Of a DNA stretch of 64,000 bases, positions 31,780 through 45,795 are shown one piece after another. This DNA comes from Mobula hypostoma (Eukaryota): NCBI RefSeq assembly GCF_963921235.1, contig NC_086097.1:221714001-221778000 (forward strand), written 5' to 3'. Position 1 is the stretch's first letter. Each line of letters starts with the position of its first letter. The notes under the pieces are model-generated. The model had not been told where the DNA came from and ran no database searches. It saw only the letters and a list, made by a program, of their open reading frames with translations. The translations under genes were made by a program, and so were the position numbers.

Positions 31780-34040
31780 CAGGTCAGGTGTCACGTCTCT
31801 CAGCGGGAGAGCATTTTGGAGATAGTGATCACAATTCTATCTTCTTTACCATAGCATTAGAGAGGAGTAGGAACAGATAAGTTAGGAAAGCGTTTAAGTG
31901 GAATAAGGGGAAATATGAAGCTATCAGGCAGGAAGTTGGAATTATAAATTGGGAACGGATGTTCTCAGGGAAATGTATGGCAGAAATGTGGCAAATATTC
32001 AGGGGATATTTGCATGGCATTCTGCATAGGTACGTTCCAATGAGACAGGGAAAGGATGGTAGGGTACAGGAACCATGGTGTACAAAGGCTGTTGAAAATC
32101 GAGTCAAGAAGAAAGGAACAGCTTACAAAAGGTTCAAAAAACTAGGTAATGATAGAGATCTAGAAGATTATAAGACTAGCAGGAAGGAGCTTAAGAATGA
32201 AATTAGGAGAGCCAGAAGGGATCATGAGAAGGCCCTGGCACAAGGATAAGATGTGGGAGATTAGGACCAATCAAGTGTGACGGTGGAAAAGTGCATATGG
32301 AACTGAAGGAGATAGCAGAGGTACTTAATGAATACTTTGCTTCAGTATTCACTACGGAAAAGGACCTTGGCAATTGTCGGGATTACGTACAGTTGACTGA
32401 AAAGCTTGAGCATATAGACATTAAGAAGGAGGATGTGCTGGAGGTTTTGGAAAGCATCAAGTTGGGTAAGTCACCGGGATCGGACAAGATATACCCCAGG
32501 CTACTGGGCAAGGGAGGAGATTGCTGAGCCTCTGGCAATGATCTTTGCATCATCAATGGGGATGGGAGAGGTTCCGGGAGATTGGAGGGTTGTAGTTGTT
32601 GTTCCCTTGTTCAAGAAAGGGAATAGAGATAACCCAGGAAATTATAGACCGGTGAGTCTTACTTCAGTGGTTGGTAAGTTGATGGAGAAGATCATGAGAG
32701 GCAGGACTTATGAACATTTGGAGAGGCATAATATGATTAGGAATAGTCAGCATGGCTTTGTCAAAGACAGGTTGTGCCTTACGAACCTGATTGAATTTTT
32801 TTTGAGGATGTGACTAAGTACATTGATGAAGGTAGAGTCATAGATGTAGTGTATATGGATTTCAGCAAACCATTTGATAAGGTACCCCATGCAAGGCTTA
32901 TTGAGAAAGTAAGGAGGCATGGAATCCAAGGGGACATTGCTCTGTGGATCCAGAACGAGTTGTACACAGAAGGCAAAGAATGGTTGTAGATGGGTCATAT
33001 TCTGCATAGAGGTCAGTCACCAGTGGTGTGCCTCAGGGATCTGTTCTGGGACCCCTTCTCTTCGTGATTTTTATAAATGACCTGGATGAGGAAGTGGAGG
33101 GAGGGGTTAGTAAATTTGCCGATGACACAAAGGTTGGGGGTGTTGTGGATAGTGTGGAGGGCTGTCAGAGGTTACAGCGGGACATTGATAGGATGCAAAA
33201 CTGGGCTGAGAAGTGGCAGATGAAGTTCAACCCAAATAGGTGTGAGGTGGTTCATTTTGGTAGGTCAATTATGATGGCAGAATATAGTATTAATGGTAAG
33301 ACTTTTGGCAGTGTGGAGGATCAGAGGGATCTTGGGTTCCGAGTCCGTAGGACACTCAAAGCTGCTACGCAGGTTGACTGTGTGGTTAAGAAGGCATACA
33401 GTGTGTTAGCCTTCATTAACCATAGGATTGAGTTCAAGAGCTGAGAGGTAACGTTACAGCTATATAGGGCCCTGGTCAAACCCCACTTGGAGTACTGTGC
33501 TCAGTTCTGGACACCTCACTACAGGAAGGATGTGGAAACTATAGAACGGGTGCAGAGGAGATTTACAAGGATGTTGCCTGGATTGGTGAGCATGCCTTAT
33601 GAGAATAGGTTGAGTGAACTCGGCCTTTTCTCCTTGGAGCGACGTAGGACGAGAGGTGACCTGATAAAGGTGTATAAGATGATGAGAGGCATTGATCGTG
33701 TGGATAGTCAGAGGCTTTTTCCCAGGGCTGAAATGGCTAACACGAGAGGGCACAGTTTTTAAGTGCTTGGAAGTAGGTACAGAGGAGGTGTCAGGGATAA
33801 GTATTTTTTTTTGCAGAGAATGGTGAGTGTGTGGAATGGGCTGCTGGCAACGGTGCAGGAGGTGGATACAATAGGGTCTTCTAAGAGGCTCCTGGATAGG
33901 TACACGGAGCTTAGAAAAATAGAGGGCTATGGGTAACCCGATGTAATTTCTAAAGTAAGTACATGTTCGGCACAGCATTGTGGGCCAAATAGCCTGTATT
34001 GGGCTATAGGTTTTCCATGTTTCTATTTTTCTATGTTTCT
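31780..34040 (+). mobile_element. Decayed CR1 LINE (ORF2 from SDHN to the 3' tail)
   Basis: ORFs 31959-33762 give consecutive CR1 ORF2 pieces (GNYRPVSLTS, PQGSVLGP, FADD, EYCAQFW); tail TTTCTATGTTTCT. Confidence 0.93.
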
Positions 34041-34429
34041 AAATTGATATCAGAGAAAGAAAGTGGCCTGTAACGGACCACAGGAGCAATCTGTGCATGC
34101 TATCAGAGGACATGGGTGAGACTTAAAATGAATAATTTTCAATAAGGAGAAAGACGTTGTAGTTCATTTTGTCTGGGATAGTGAAATTCCCGTGCAAATT
34201 AAGATTAAAACACAGTAAGTATTAAATGCCTCGGTAGGTATGAATGTAAATGTGTCAGAAAATGTGGTGCCTTTATTCAAGAAAGAGGTCAGGGACAACC
34301 AAATAACTTTCAGCCAGTCAGCATGGATGTATTGGTGGGAGATCCCGTTTAAGTACTTTCATTTAATTTAGTCTTTGAGGAGGTAACGAAATACATTAAT
34401 CAGGCCAGTGTGGATCTCAATCAGAATAT

Positions 34430-37045
34430 GAGGCTGGGCGGAGCAGGCATGTCAGTTACTGGGTGAATGGCAGTGCCCAGATGATAAGGAAAAACAGAGA
34501 CTGGTAGAGAGCTTAAAGGGTCTGGTGGCTGATATAGTGAGGTTCCTAAAGGCAAAGAAGCCATTAGCCATGTCAGTTAATTACTTGCGAGTTCTAGAAC
34601 ATGCCTTTGGCATTGCTGAAAGTGCAGCTGACCTTAAGGTGAAGGTTAGGCACACATTCCAGGAAGAAGGGGAGAAAGTGACTGCCAGCCTTTCACGTTG
34701 GAGAAACTGCTGCATTTTTTTTTTGCCACAAACGGGGCATTCAACCGTCTGAGAGAAATTGCCTGAGGCTGGAGCAAGTTGTAAAGGGTGTGCTGCCACA
34801 TGATGTGATTGCTCAACGTATTGGAATGATCTGCAAGATGCGCCCTCTTCCATCTTCTACCGAGTTACTCAGAGTAGCTAGAGAGAAGGAAAACATGACT
34901 GAGAAGTGGGAAATTTCCGAAATCTGTGTAGTGTCTTCAGTAGTAGCCTCTGCTGCTAAAGTGACCCCTGATGTCCCAGAGATGGAGCTTTTGAGGAATG
35001 AGGTGAAAAATCTTTGAGCTGAGCTGACTTGCTGAAAGTCTACTAATGTTTCAGCTGAACATGACACGTCTCTTGGGAAACCTGACATACCTGTAGGTTT
35101 TACAGCGCAGATGAACACTGCTGAAATGGGTCCCTTGACCGGTATTTTCTGTTACAACTGTGGAGAAGCTGGACATTTCAAGTGTAACTGTGAGGGCAGG
35201 AAAATCTTCGAGAAGTAATTCGGCAGGTAATCAAACAGAGAAGAAAAGAAGCAAAACTACATAGGGACAAGGTAAAGGAATGGGCTGGCATCTTGGAGAG
35301 GTTGTGTTCCAATCAGTGTATCAAGGGAAATACGAAAGTGCAAAACACTATTCCTGAATGTTTAGTGGCACCAAGCTCTGATGTATCCATATGGATTGAA
35401 GGTGTTTATGCTAGAGCCATACTTTTGACACAGGTTCTCAAGTAACCTTGCTTTATAGATCCTTTTACAACTGGTACTAGACTATTGATGCCACTCAGTG
35501 CCCTTTTGAGGTTTGGGGGCTTAGTACTGATGAGCACTCATACGATGGTTACTTGTTGTTGAAACTGGAGTTTTAGGAAGCAGATGTTGGAGAAAATGAG
35601 ACTATTGACACATCAGTGTAGATTTGCCAGGATCCGGTTGAAAAGGCTGAAGCTTCCACTCTTGTGGGAACAAGCACTTCCATTGTTAGAAGGCTCTTAG
35701 GAGCGGTGCAAGGAGAGAAATGGAGAGAACGTTTTGAAAACCTTGTCCATTCACCCTGTGTTCAGAGCTGGTTTTGAGAAGGTACAAGTTCCTCCTAAGC
35801 AGGACGATGAGTAGAAACAAGGAACTGTTTCTACTGTCACGTTACATCCTGGAGGAGTAGCTAGAGTGATGGGAGCCCACAAATTTGCTGGAATTCACAA
35901 TGCCTCGGCCGTCCAGGTGGATGCTCCTGATGATCAGGAGGAGGAATCACACTTACCTGCAGGAGTGCTGGTGAGACCTGAACTGCTGAAATTTTCAGAT
36001 GTCTACGCAAATAGGATGGCAGTGATTGTCAGGAGCACCTCAGGAAGAGATGTTACCCTCAGACGTGGAATGCTAATTACTGTTCTTTTTCCTGTGATGG
36101 TAGTGTCTAGTTTTCTAGGAGAAATGAAAGAGAACAGCCTCCTCCATCAAGGCAGTTGACACTGATGTCATTCAACTTTGTTTACTCACCAATACCCGAG
36201 GACTGGAAAAGGAGATTAACTAAGAAGATGTTGGAATGCAAAGATGTCTTTTCCACTGACGAGTCTGATCTTGGTTGCTCCAAGAGTACTTGCCACACTA
36301 TTAGAGTGACAGAGGACACCCATTTCCGAGAGAGGTCTCGCCAATTAGCACCAATGGAGGTTGAAGATTTTCAGCAGCACCTGCTTAAACTGAAGGAGGC
36401 TAAGTTCGGTCGTGGGGCAGGGGGACCTGAGCCATGGAAGGTACAAGTGATAGACAGGGGAAGGCATCCTCTAGTAGAGAGAAAAGGTCACGAGAAGTGC
36501 CTGAGGCTGAAGAAGCTGATGATAAAATAAGATGGTCTCAGAGTCAGGGAACCCCCAAAAGACTGACATATGATGCATTGGGGAAATAGAGTGTTGCATC
36601 CATCACAATATTGAGATATGTTTCTTCCATTTATAAATAAATTGGGGGTCCTGAAATCATAAAATCCATATGAATACTATGTTATTAATAATAGTGTAAT
36701 GTTCCAAAGTCATGAGGACATGACTATTTTTAGGCGGGGTGGGGGGGAGAGTGTTTGTATATGCCAAGTTTGTATACGGGCCCTGGTGCGAGGATTACAT
36801 TTGTGGGGGCTTGTCTGGGGATTTCGGATGCTGTGTGACTGTTGTTTTAGGATTAATTAAGCAGTTTGTGTGTTTAAGCAAGCGGTTAGGCTAGTGTTGG
36901 GGAAAGTGATTAAGGTGCTTTATTATGGATGCCGCAGGGATAAAGGTTTGATGTGATTTGAAGTGGTCATTTACAAATTATGCTTGTGTTCTGAACGAGG
37001 TGGATATTCGAAGTCCCGATGAACTGTTACTCAGAGGGTTGTAAC
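34430..37045 (+). mobile_element. Gypsy LTR retrotransposon remnant with PNMA-type gag, deleted pol, PPT and 3' LTR
   Basis: QRLVESLKG..ADIVRFLK...LEHAFG (PNMA-like capsid), CYNCGEAGHFKCNC knuckle (~35150), DTGSQVT protease (~35425), RT start DVFS..DLGC..CHTI..RER. PPT GGGGGGGAGAG then TG at 36752. The LTR end is approximate. Confidence 0.85.
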
Positions 37046-38544
37046 TGTATGGTGGAACAGGAAAAATAGGATATCCCTCACTCACATGTTTTTTGGATAC
37101 TCTAGCATTGCCACGAATCAAATAACAGCCTCAAGAAAGAGACTTGTTCATTTCAGCAGATTATTGGAGGACTGCACCACAGTATGGCTGATGATAATAT
37201 TTTAAATGTATAAGATATAGAACTATTTGTTTACATTTCAGTATGAAATGTTGCACTTACATTGAACCAGTATCCTTTGGCCAATCTTTTCTTGGCTGGT
37301 GAGAAACATACTTGAGGCCACCACCTCTGCTATGTCTTGACATCACCAGATGGTTAAGTTTATCTGGGAGCACTGTGTTTTTGTTATTGTCTAAGTGGTT
37401 GTCCTGGTAGAAGATTGCAGTGGCACCAGCTTCATCTTTGCGTGACTGAAATCACAACCAGCATCATTGGTCTGATGGCCAAGGTTTCCTCAATTACTTC
37501 AACAATAGCAGAGAACGTGAATAGAATAGTGTTCCTCTGACCCAAATTTCCCATGTCAGTGATGTCATAATTGTCTGTATTTAATATCTATCTCTATTTT
37601 GTAGTAAGAAGTACACGAAAAGAGTGTAGGAAGCCATTTCTCCAAAACAGTACCTGAGAATATCAGAACCCTGACTCAATTGTATCAATCTACACAAGTT
37701 CACATTTAATTAGAAAATATATGTGACATTATAAACTAAAATGCTATAGGATAGGACTTTTTCATATTTCCCTTTCAATATTGTCCTACCCAAACACAGT
37801 GAGCTTTTCTTATCCTCTTCCCTGCTCTGCAGATGTTTCTCACCTTGATGCCTGAAGCATAGAATCAGCACATTTCAAGAACACCCCCTTCTTTGAACTT
37901 TAAAGGTAGGACTTGTGAGATTCAGGCACTCATCGAAGTGAACGCTTGCATTATGAAGCAGATCGACTCAGGATACAACCTGGATATGTGTAATTCATAT
38001 TAAAGTGATAAAGTACCAGGCAAAACTGTAAAATCTTTAAATCTAGTAATGGTAAACTTTAGTTCAGGTGTTCTATCTATAACAGTATACATATCTGTTT
38101 GAATATTATCGTGTTGTTCTCTTGTCCTATTTCCACATGTGAAGCTAACTCCCTTACTGAAACAAAGTTATGAGAGAGATCTGTCAAAACATGGAAGCAA
38201 CATATCAGGACAAAATGACAGCAGGTTTACAAGCTGTCAGATTTGAATGTAATGAAAGAAAGTACCCTGGGCACAATCCCTGTAGGTTGAAGTACTGATT
38301 CTCAGCTTGTTACATGACATTTCAAATTCATCAATTGAATAGCAAAGCTATCAGACTTCTGGAGAGGCTGCAGGTGAGTAACTATACCCCTCATGGATGA
38401 ACCTCAGGACAGATTCATAGCATATCAGGAAATGTTTAGAAACTGAAAAAAAGTTGAACACTGTAAGTTGCCATTGTTTTATACTAAAATAAATCCCAGA
38501 AATAGGTCAGGCACTGGAAACTTATTCTCTCTCATCTGAATAAC

Positions 38545-39205
38545 AAAGTTCAAAATTCATAGTACATTTATTATCAAAGTATGTATACTATTAATAATCC
38601 TGAGATTGGTCTTCTGGCAGGCAGCCATAAAATAAAGGAAAACAATAGAAACTAAAAAAACACCCACACAACAGGCCGTCATACACCCAGTGTGCAGAAA
38701 AAAATAAATCATGCAAACAATAAAAAGTAAACAAATAACACTCAGAACATAGAGTCATAGAAAAATACAGCCCAGAACCAGGCCTTTTGGCCCATCTAGT
38801 CTATACTGCACCATTTAAGCTGTCTACTCCCATTGACTTGGCCCTCCATACACCTACCATCCATGTACCTATCCAAACTTCTTCTAAACATAGAAATCAA
38901 GCTTGCATGCACCACTTGTGCTGGCAGATCATTCCATACCCTCATGACCCTTTGAGTGTAGAAGTTGCCCCTCATATTCCCTTAAGTTTGTCACCTTTCA
39001 CCCTTAATCCATGACCTCTAGTTATGCTCCCACCTAACCTAAGACCTACAACAGTGATAAGAGGATCAGGTGAGTGAAGCCAGTCCAGGTGCCCAATGGT
39101 GCAGGCCACAGCCATGAAGCCAGTTCAGTGCTGAGGTGAGTGAAGCCACTCCAGGAGCCCGATAGCTGCAGGTGAGTGCTGATAGTCACAGGCCACAGCT
39201 GCATA
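38545..39205 (-). mobile_element. LINE 3' tail fragment interrupted by a CR1 3' end (38745-39040)
   Basis: Tail AAAGTTCAAAATTCATAGTACATTTATTATC; the inner CATAGAGTCATAG...CAGGCCTTTTGGCCCATCTAGT is homologous to 18840-18976. Confidence 0.65.
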
Positions 39206-39304
39206 ACCTAAAAGCAAAAGAAGTGACGTTTATGTGTTCTAGCAATGCGGCCAACCCACTCTGACGGAGGAAATTCTCTCTCCACTCAAAGATGTAGGTT
39301 TGTT

Positions 39305-39581
39305 GCACAAGCACGAGAAGGTTTGCAGATGCTGGAAATCAAAACAGCACACACAAAATTATGGAGGAACTCAACAAGCCAGGCAGCATCTATGGGAAAG
39401 AGTAAACAGTCAATGTTTTGGAAGAGACCCTTCATCAGGACCGTAAAAAAAGATGAGAAGTCAGAGCTTCTCATCTTTTCCCAGTCTTGATGAAGAATTT
39501 CAGCCCGAGACATCAACTGTTTACTCTTTACCATAGATGCTGCCTGACCTGCAGGGTTTCTCTAGCATTTTATGGATGTTG
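39305..39581. repeat. Inverted (fold-back) pair of Penelope pseudo-LTRs
   Basis: ~115-bp imperfect arms centred on GATGAGAAG-TCAGAG-CTTCTCATC (39463); each arm has a degenerate hammerhead. Confidence 0.8.
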
Positions 39582-39954
39582 GTTTGTTGTTCTGCTTGGG
39601 CGTATCATTGGTGGTCACCGTTGCATTGAGCCTTGTCCACTGTCTTCCTGAATATGTTCCCATTGTTTTCTGTGCATTGATGTATTTGACCTTGTAGGTT
39701 TACATCCAGGACTCCAATAGGTAAAAGTTGCTTGAAGGAATAGTTCATACAGCTTTGATCAATGATTTTGAGGAACTGCAAGAGAAAAGTAAGTCCCTTA
39801 GCCTGCAAAGGTGGTAATGGATAAGAGAATGTTAGCCCCAGTGTTTGGCCAAATTAATCAATGACATTATGCAAGAGATGTGGAAAGGATACCAAAAGTA
39901 TTCAGTGCTGCCATTAGTGGGGCTGGATTGCCAAAAATGCATGAGCATTATGTA

Positions 39955-40235
39955 CTTAGTGGCCACTTTATTAGTTCAACTTGTACACATGCAAATATCT
40001 AAACAGGCAATGATGGGGCAGCAAATCAATGCATAAAAGCATGCAGGCATGGTCAAGAGGTTCAGTTGTTATTTAGACCAAACGTCAGAGAAGGAATGCA
40101 ATCTAAGTAATATTGACCATGGAATGATTGCTGCTGTCAGATGGGGTGGTTTGAGTATCTCAGAAACTGTTGATATCCTGGGATTTTCATGCAGAACAGT
40201 CTCTGGTGTTTACAGAGAATAGTGCAAATAAAAAG
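39955..40235 (+). mobile_element. Tc1-family relic
   Basis: TIR-like AGTGGCCACTTTATTAG plus HTH region; family of 43490-43980. Confidence 0.75.
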
Positions 40236-41097
40236 CAAGATTCATGCGAATATAATATAAGAGTTCCAATTGTTTAAGTAAAAGTTTTGATAAATAATTT
40301 TAAGAATCAAGATAATAAGAACTCTCCAAATAAATTCATGTTTTATAAATGATTTCCTCTTATGGGCATGGCTTTGTTGGCTTCTTACTATTGATAGTAT
40401 GAGATTGGTTATCTGAACAAATAAATAAGTGGAACGTGATTCACTATCTAGTAACAAATGTAACAGAAAAGTGCCAGAACTACATACTGTATGCAAGAAA
40501 TTTATTTAAACTGCATTTGCATGAAATGCATTGCAATGTGAAAATCATCTTAACGTTATTTTAAAATTGTAACCCTAACCCTACTACACATTTCCTCCCA
40601 TCTCAGTTTGCTAACATGAACAGAAGTTTGACCAGATCTTTTTTGACTCACCCAAGTCAAATATCTGCTTTAAATTGTAATAAACAGACATTTGCACACT
40701 TGCAATATTACAAACCTCAGAAACAGTAAAATATCTTGAACTCAATATATTGAATTCATGTAATTATGAAAATCATACATTTCTCTTCCTATCATTCCAA
40801 ATTTTTGCTCTTTCCTAATAAGTTATCGAATCAACAATGTTGACATGCCTAAATATAAAGAAGGAAACAGTGACCCGGTTCAGATGAAGGATCACAATAA
40901 GATCAATGCAATTCATAGTTTGTGGAACTTCAAGCCCTGTTGAGTTCCCTTTTACCTGGGCAGGTCTGAATGTAATTGTAACAGCAATCGCCAGTAGTTT
41001 TACACTTTCTTACGGCAGTCATATTTCATATTTAATTTCATTTCAGTAAAAAATTGGCTAGAATGTATTTTTCTAAGATTTCCAGTGCTTTAAATTA

Positions 41098-42505
41098 GAA
41101 GTTCAAAGTAATTATATTATCAATGTACATATATGTCATCGTATGAAAGCCTGAGATTCATTTTCTTGCAGGCATACTCAATAAATCCAATAACCATAGC
41201 AGAATCAATCAAAGACTGCGCTAACAAGCGTGGTCAACCAGTTGTGTAAATTGTGCAAATATAAAAAGAAATAGTAAATAATAACAAAGACTGCGGAACA
41301 TGGACTATGTCCCAACAGTAATATGTACAACTGGTATCATCCAAAAATCACTACACTATAGTATTAAACAATTAGGCCTACACGGTGATATTTATGTAAT
41401 CTCTAGAAAGCCACAATACTAAACACCACTAGAATAGTCTGAAAGTTCCTTGTAATTGAGATATAAGTGTGCTTAGCCATGACTGTACTTCAGGTTTTAC
41501 CAGTTAGAGCTGAGAAAAAAAATACAACAATAACAGCAATAAATAAATAAGCAGTAAATATCAATAACATGAAATGAAGAGTCCATGAAAGTGAGTCCAC
41601 AGGTTGTGGGAGCTGTACGGTGATGAAGCAAGTGAAGTTGAGTGAAGTTATCCCCTCTGGTTTAGGAGCTTGATGGTTGAAGGGTAATAACTGTTCCTGA
41701 ACCCGGTAGTATGAGTCATGAGGCTCCTGTACTTTCTTCCTGATGGCAGCAACGAGAAGAAAGCATGAGCTGGGTGATGGGAGTTGCAGATGATGGTGCT
41801 GCTTTCTTGTGACAATGCTCCGTGTAGTTGTGCTCAATGATGGAGAGTGCTTTACCTGTAATGGACTGGGCTGTATCTACCACATTTTCTATTCAAGGGC
41901 AATGGTGTTTCCATACGAGGCTGTGATGCAGCTAATCAATATACTGTCCATCACACATCTATAGAAGTTTTAGATGTCATGTCAAATCTTCACAAATTGC
42001 TAAGGAAGTAAAGACACTGTTATACTTTCTTCATAATTACACTTACCTGCTGCTCCAAACTAATAACACTAAGTAATTTAAAGTTGATGACCATCTTCAA
42101 CTCTGATCCTCGAAAGAGGATTAGCTCATAGACCTCTGGTTTCCTCTTCCAGAAGTCAATAATTAGTATAGTCAGCTCCTTGATCTTGCTGACCTTGAGT
42201 AAGAGGTTGTTCCAGGGCTGAGTGAAAAGCCCCTGAAACGGCATCTGCCGTGGATCTGTTGTGCCAGTAGGAAAATTAGAAGAGGATCCAAGTCGCTTTT
42301 TGGGCAGGACTTTCATCACCATGGATGTAAATGCTGCAGGAAGATAGTCTTTGAGGCAGGTTACCATGTTTTTCTTAGACACAAGATAATTGAAGCCTGC
42401 TTGAAGTGGGTGGGTAGCAAAGTCTGCCAAAGTAAGATGTTAAAGATTCAGTGAACGCTCTGGCCAGTTGATCAGTGCTGGTCATTAGTACTCAGTCAGG
42501 TGCCC
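41098..42505 (-). mobile_element. Rex1/Babar LINE, decayed and internally deleted
   Basis: Tail at 41098; peptides CLKDYLPAAFTSMVMK, KELTILIIDFWK, NFKLLSV. Confidence 0.75.
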
Positions 42506-43489
42506 ATCTGTCACTTACAAGTGGAAAAGTACATTTTTATTCAAATCCTCACTTTTGACATTGATCCCATTGTATTAATAACAATGTACTTGTTTGATAT
42601 TCTTAAATCTCCTGTATTTAGTGTAAAATAATTAACACTATTTTTTATTATAAGTGCCTGATGCACTGATTCTTGAAAAACTTTACATTTGTAATCATAT
42701 ATGTAAGTTATAGCAGACCTGTAATTGAACAAATTTAAGAGTATTTGGCCATAATTTTCTAAATATACACAAAGAGAAGACAACATGTCATCCTGAACCT
42801 TTCACTCTGCCTGGAACTCATCACTCTTCCTTTGAAAATAAATTTCTATGAATTTGACATTTCAAAATTGCTGGGTATTCCTCCTTTCAGGGAATCACAT
42901 ACCGTTTCTCTTCAGACCTGAATTAGGCTTTGAGTCTGATTCAAATAAGCAACACTGGTAAGATAATGAAACTGTTTCTCAGTAATACTAAAGTTAGCAT
43001 TGCAACTGTACATGTAGCCTAAGTATACGATGGGCATTCCTGATCAATGAGGAGAGCAGTGAGCAAAAGTAGAACATAACTAATAGCAGAAACCAAGTTA
43101 GTGGAAGAGCACATACTCTGCATGTATGAGGTCACAAGTTCATTCTCTGGCATCTCCTGATCATTAAACTTGAACTTGAACTAAAAAGGTCATTCCAGGC
43201 AAACAGCTGTCCAGACTGTTGGAAAACTATAACTTTGGATATTCCTTGTAAACTGAATCCCTAAAACTACTTAATCAATCTTGAATAATAACTGACCCGA
43301 GCTTTCATATAGTGCAAGGAATTATAATCATTTTCCAATTATGCAATATTGACGACAAACTACCACATTTAACCAAGAGTTGTTCTTTAAATTTTACAGT
43401 TAATTTCCTAGGAAAGGCAATGAATCCCTTGAGTTCTCTATTTTACCTGTTCGTTTAAAAAGGCTAGCTTGTAAGCACTAATAGCACTA

Positions 43490-43979
43490 ACAGTCAGTGG
43501 CCACTTTATTAGGTACACATGTTAATGCAAATATCTAATCAGCCAATCATGTGGTAGCAACTCAATGCATAAAAGCATGCAGGCATGATCAAGAGGCTCA
43601 GGTGTTGTTGTTCAGACCAAACATCAGAATGGGGAAGAAATGTGATCTCAGTGACTTTGACCATGGAATGGTTGTTGGTGCCAGATGAGGTGGTTTGAGT
43701 ATCTCAGAAATTCTGATCTCCTTGGATCTTCATGCACAGTAGTCTCTACAGTTTACAGAGGATGGTGTGAGTAACAAAAAAAAAATCCAGTGAGTGGCAC
43801 TCTGTAGATGAAAACATCTTGCTAATGAGAGAGGTCAGGGGAGAATGGACAGACTGGTTCAAGCTGACAGGAAGGTGACAGAGGCTAGCATTTTATGTCG
43901 GACCTTGAAGTGGATGGGCTACAGCAGCAGAAGACCATGAACACACAGGAGGTACCTTGGAAAGTGGCTATTGAATGTA
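43490..43979 (+). mobile_element. Tc1-family non-autonomous element with both TIRs
   Basis: CAGTCAGTGGCCACTTTATTAGGTACAC ... GTACCTTGGAAAGTGGCTATTGAATG|TA. Confidence 0.82.
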
Positions 43980-44358
43980 CAGCACCCTAGCTACCAACTG
44001 GCAATGATCTGATGACATCTTACATAATCAAAGTTTTACCAATTCCTTTCTTTCTCAGTCTTTGGCTAAGCATATACTGAGAGAATCCTTTTGTATAGTG
44101 ATGCAGAAGACCGCAGTCAGATCAAAAGTTCGAGTAGGGTGAAGAATTGAAGTGGCAGGCAACAGAAAGCACTAATTTTTTCTTGTAGAATGAACACTGT
44201 GGTCAACCAATCAGTCCAGATGAAGGGTTTTGACCTGAAACATCGAGTGTCAATTTTCCTTCAGAGATGCTGAGTTCCTCCAACTTCCAATGTGTTGTTC
44301 ACCTATTCAATGTTTGGTTTCTCCAGTGTGAGGACGACTTTGAGCTAATACTGATATA

Positions 44359-45795
44359 CATAGAAACATAGAAACATAGAAAATAGGTGCAGGAGTAGGC
44401 CATTCGACCCTTCGAGCCTGCACCGCCATTTATTATGATCATGGCTGATCATCCAACTCAGAACCCAGCCTTCCCTCCATACCCCCTGACCCCTGTAGCC
44501 ACAAGGGCCATATCTAACTTCCTTTTAAACATAGCTAATGAACTGGCCTCAACAGTTTGCTGTGGCAGAGAATTCCACAGATTCACCACTCTCTGTGTGA
44601 AGAAGTTTTTCCTAATCTCGGTCCTAAAAGGCTTCCCCTCTATCCTCAAACTGTGACCCCTCGTTCTGGACCTCCCCAACATCGGGAACAATCTTCCCGC
44701 ATCTAGCCTGTCCAATCCCTTTAGGATCTTATACGTTTCAATCAGATCCCCCCTCAATCTTCTAAATTCCAACGAGTACAAGCCCAGTTCATCCAGTCTT
44801 TCTTCATATGAAAGACCTGCCATCCCAGGAATCAATCTGGTGAACCTTCTTTGTACTCCCTCTATGGCAAAGATGTCTTTCCTCAGATTAGGGGACCAAA
44901 ACTGCACACAATACTCCAGGTGTGGTCTCACCAAGGCCTTGTACAACTGCAGTAGTACCTCCCTGCTCCTGTACTCGAATCCTCTCGCTATAAATGCCAG
45001 CATACCGTTCGCCTTTTTCACCGCCTGCTGTACCTGCATGCCCACTTTCAATGACTGGTGTATAATGACACCCAGGTCTCGTTGCACCTCCCCTTTTCCT
45101 AATCGGCCACCATTCAGATAATAATCTGTTTTCCTATTTTTGCCACCAAAGTGGATAACTTCACATTTATCCACATTAAATTGCATCTGCCATGAGTTTG
45201 CCCACTCACCCAACCTATCCAAGTCACCCTGCATCCTCTTAGCATCCTCCTCACTGCTAACACTGCCACCCAGCTTCGTGTCATCCGCAAACTTGGAGAT
45301 GCTGCATTTAATTCCCTCATCCAAGTCATTAATATATATTGTAAACAACTGGGGTCCCAGCACTGAGCCTTGCGGTACCCCACTAGTCACCGCCTGCCAT
45401 TCTGAAAAGGTCCCATTTATTCCCACTCTTTGCTTCCTGTCTGCTAACCAATTCTCCACCCACACCAATACCTTACCCCCAATACCGTGTGCTTTAAGTT
45501 TGCACACTAATCTCCTGTGTGGGACCTTGTCAAAAGCCTTTTGAAAATCCAAATATACCACATCCACTGGTTCTCCCCTATCCACTCTACTAGTTACATC
45601 CTCAAAAAATTCTATGAGATTCGTCAGACATGATTTTCCTTTCACAAATCCATGCTGACTTTGTCCAATGATTTCACCGCTTTCCAAATGTGCTGTTATC
45701 ACATCCTTGATAACTGACTCCAGCAGTTTCCCCACCACCGACGTTAGGCTAACGGGCCTATAATTCCCCGGTTTCTCTCTCCCTCCTTTTTTAAA
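44359..45795 (-). mobile_element. 5'-truncated CR1, near-identical to 1991-3427
   Basis: 426-aa ORF identical to the ORF2 C-terminus except V>I (RTEVRK/RTEIRK); offset 42,368; possible ATACA TSD (44356-60, 45795-99). Confidence 0.97.

Noticed and set aside
37833..38373. Plus-strand exon-like signals (acceptor 37832, donors 37905 and 38373)
   Set aside because: 37833-37905 has stops in all three frames; splice-like words alone are not enough evidence.
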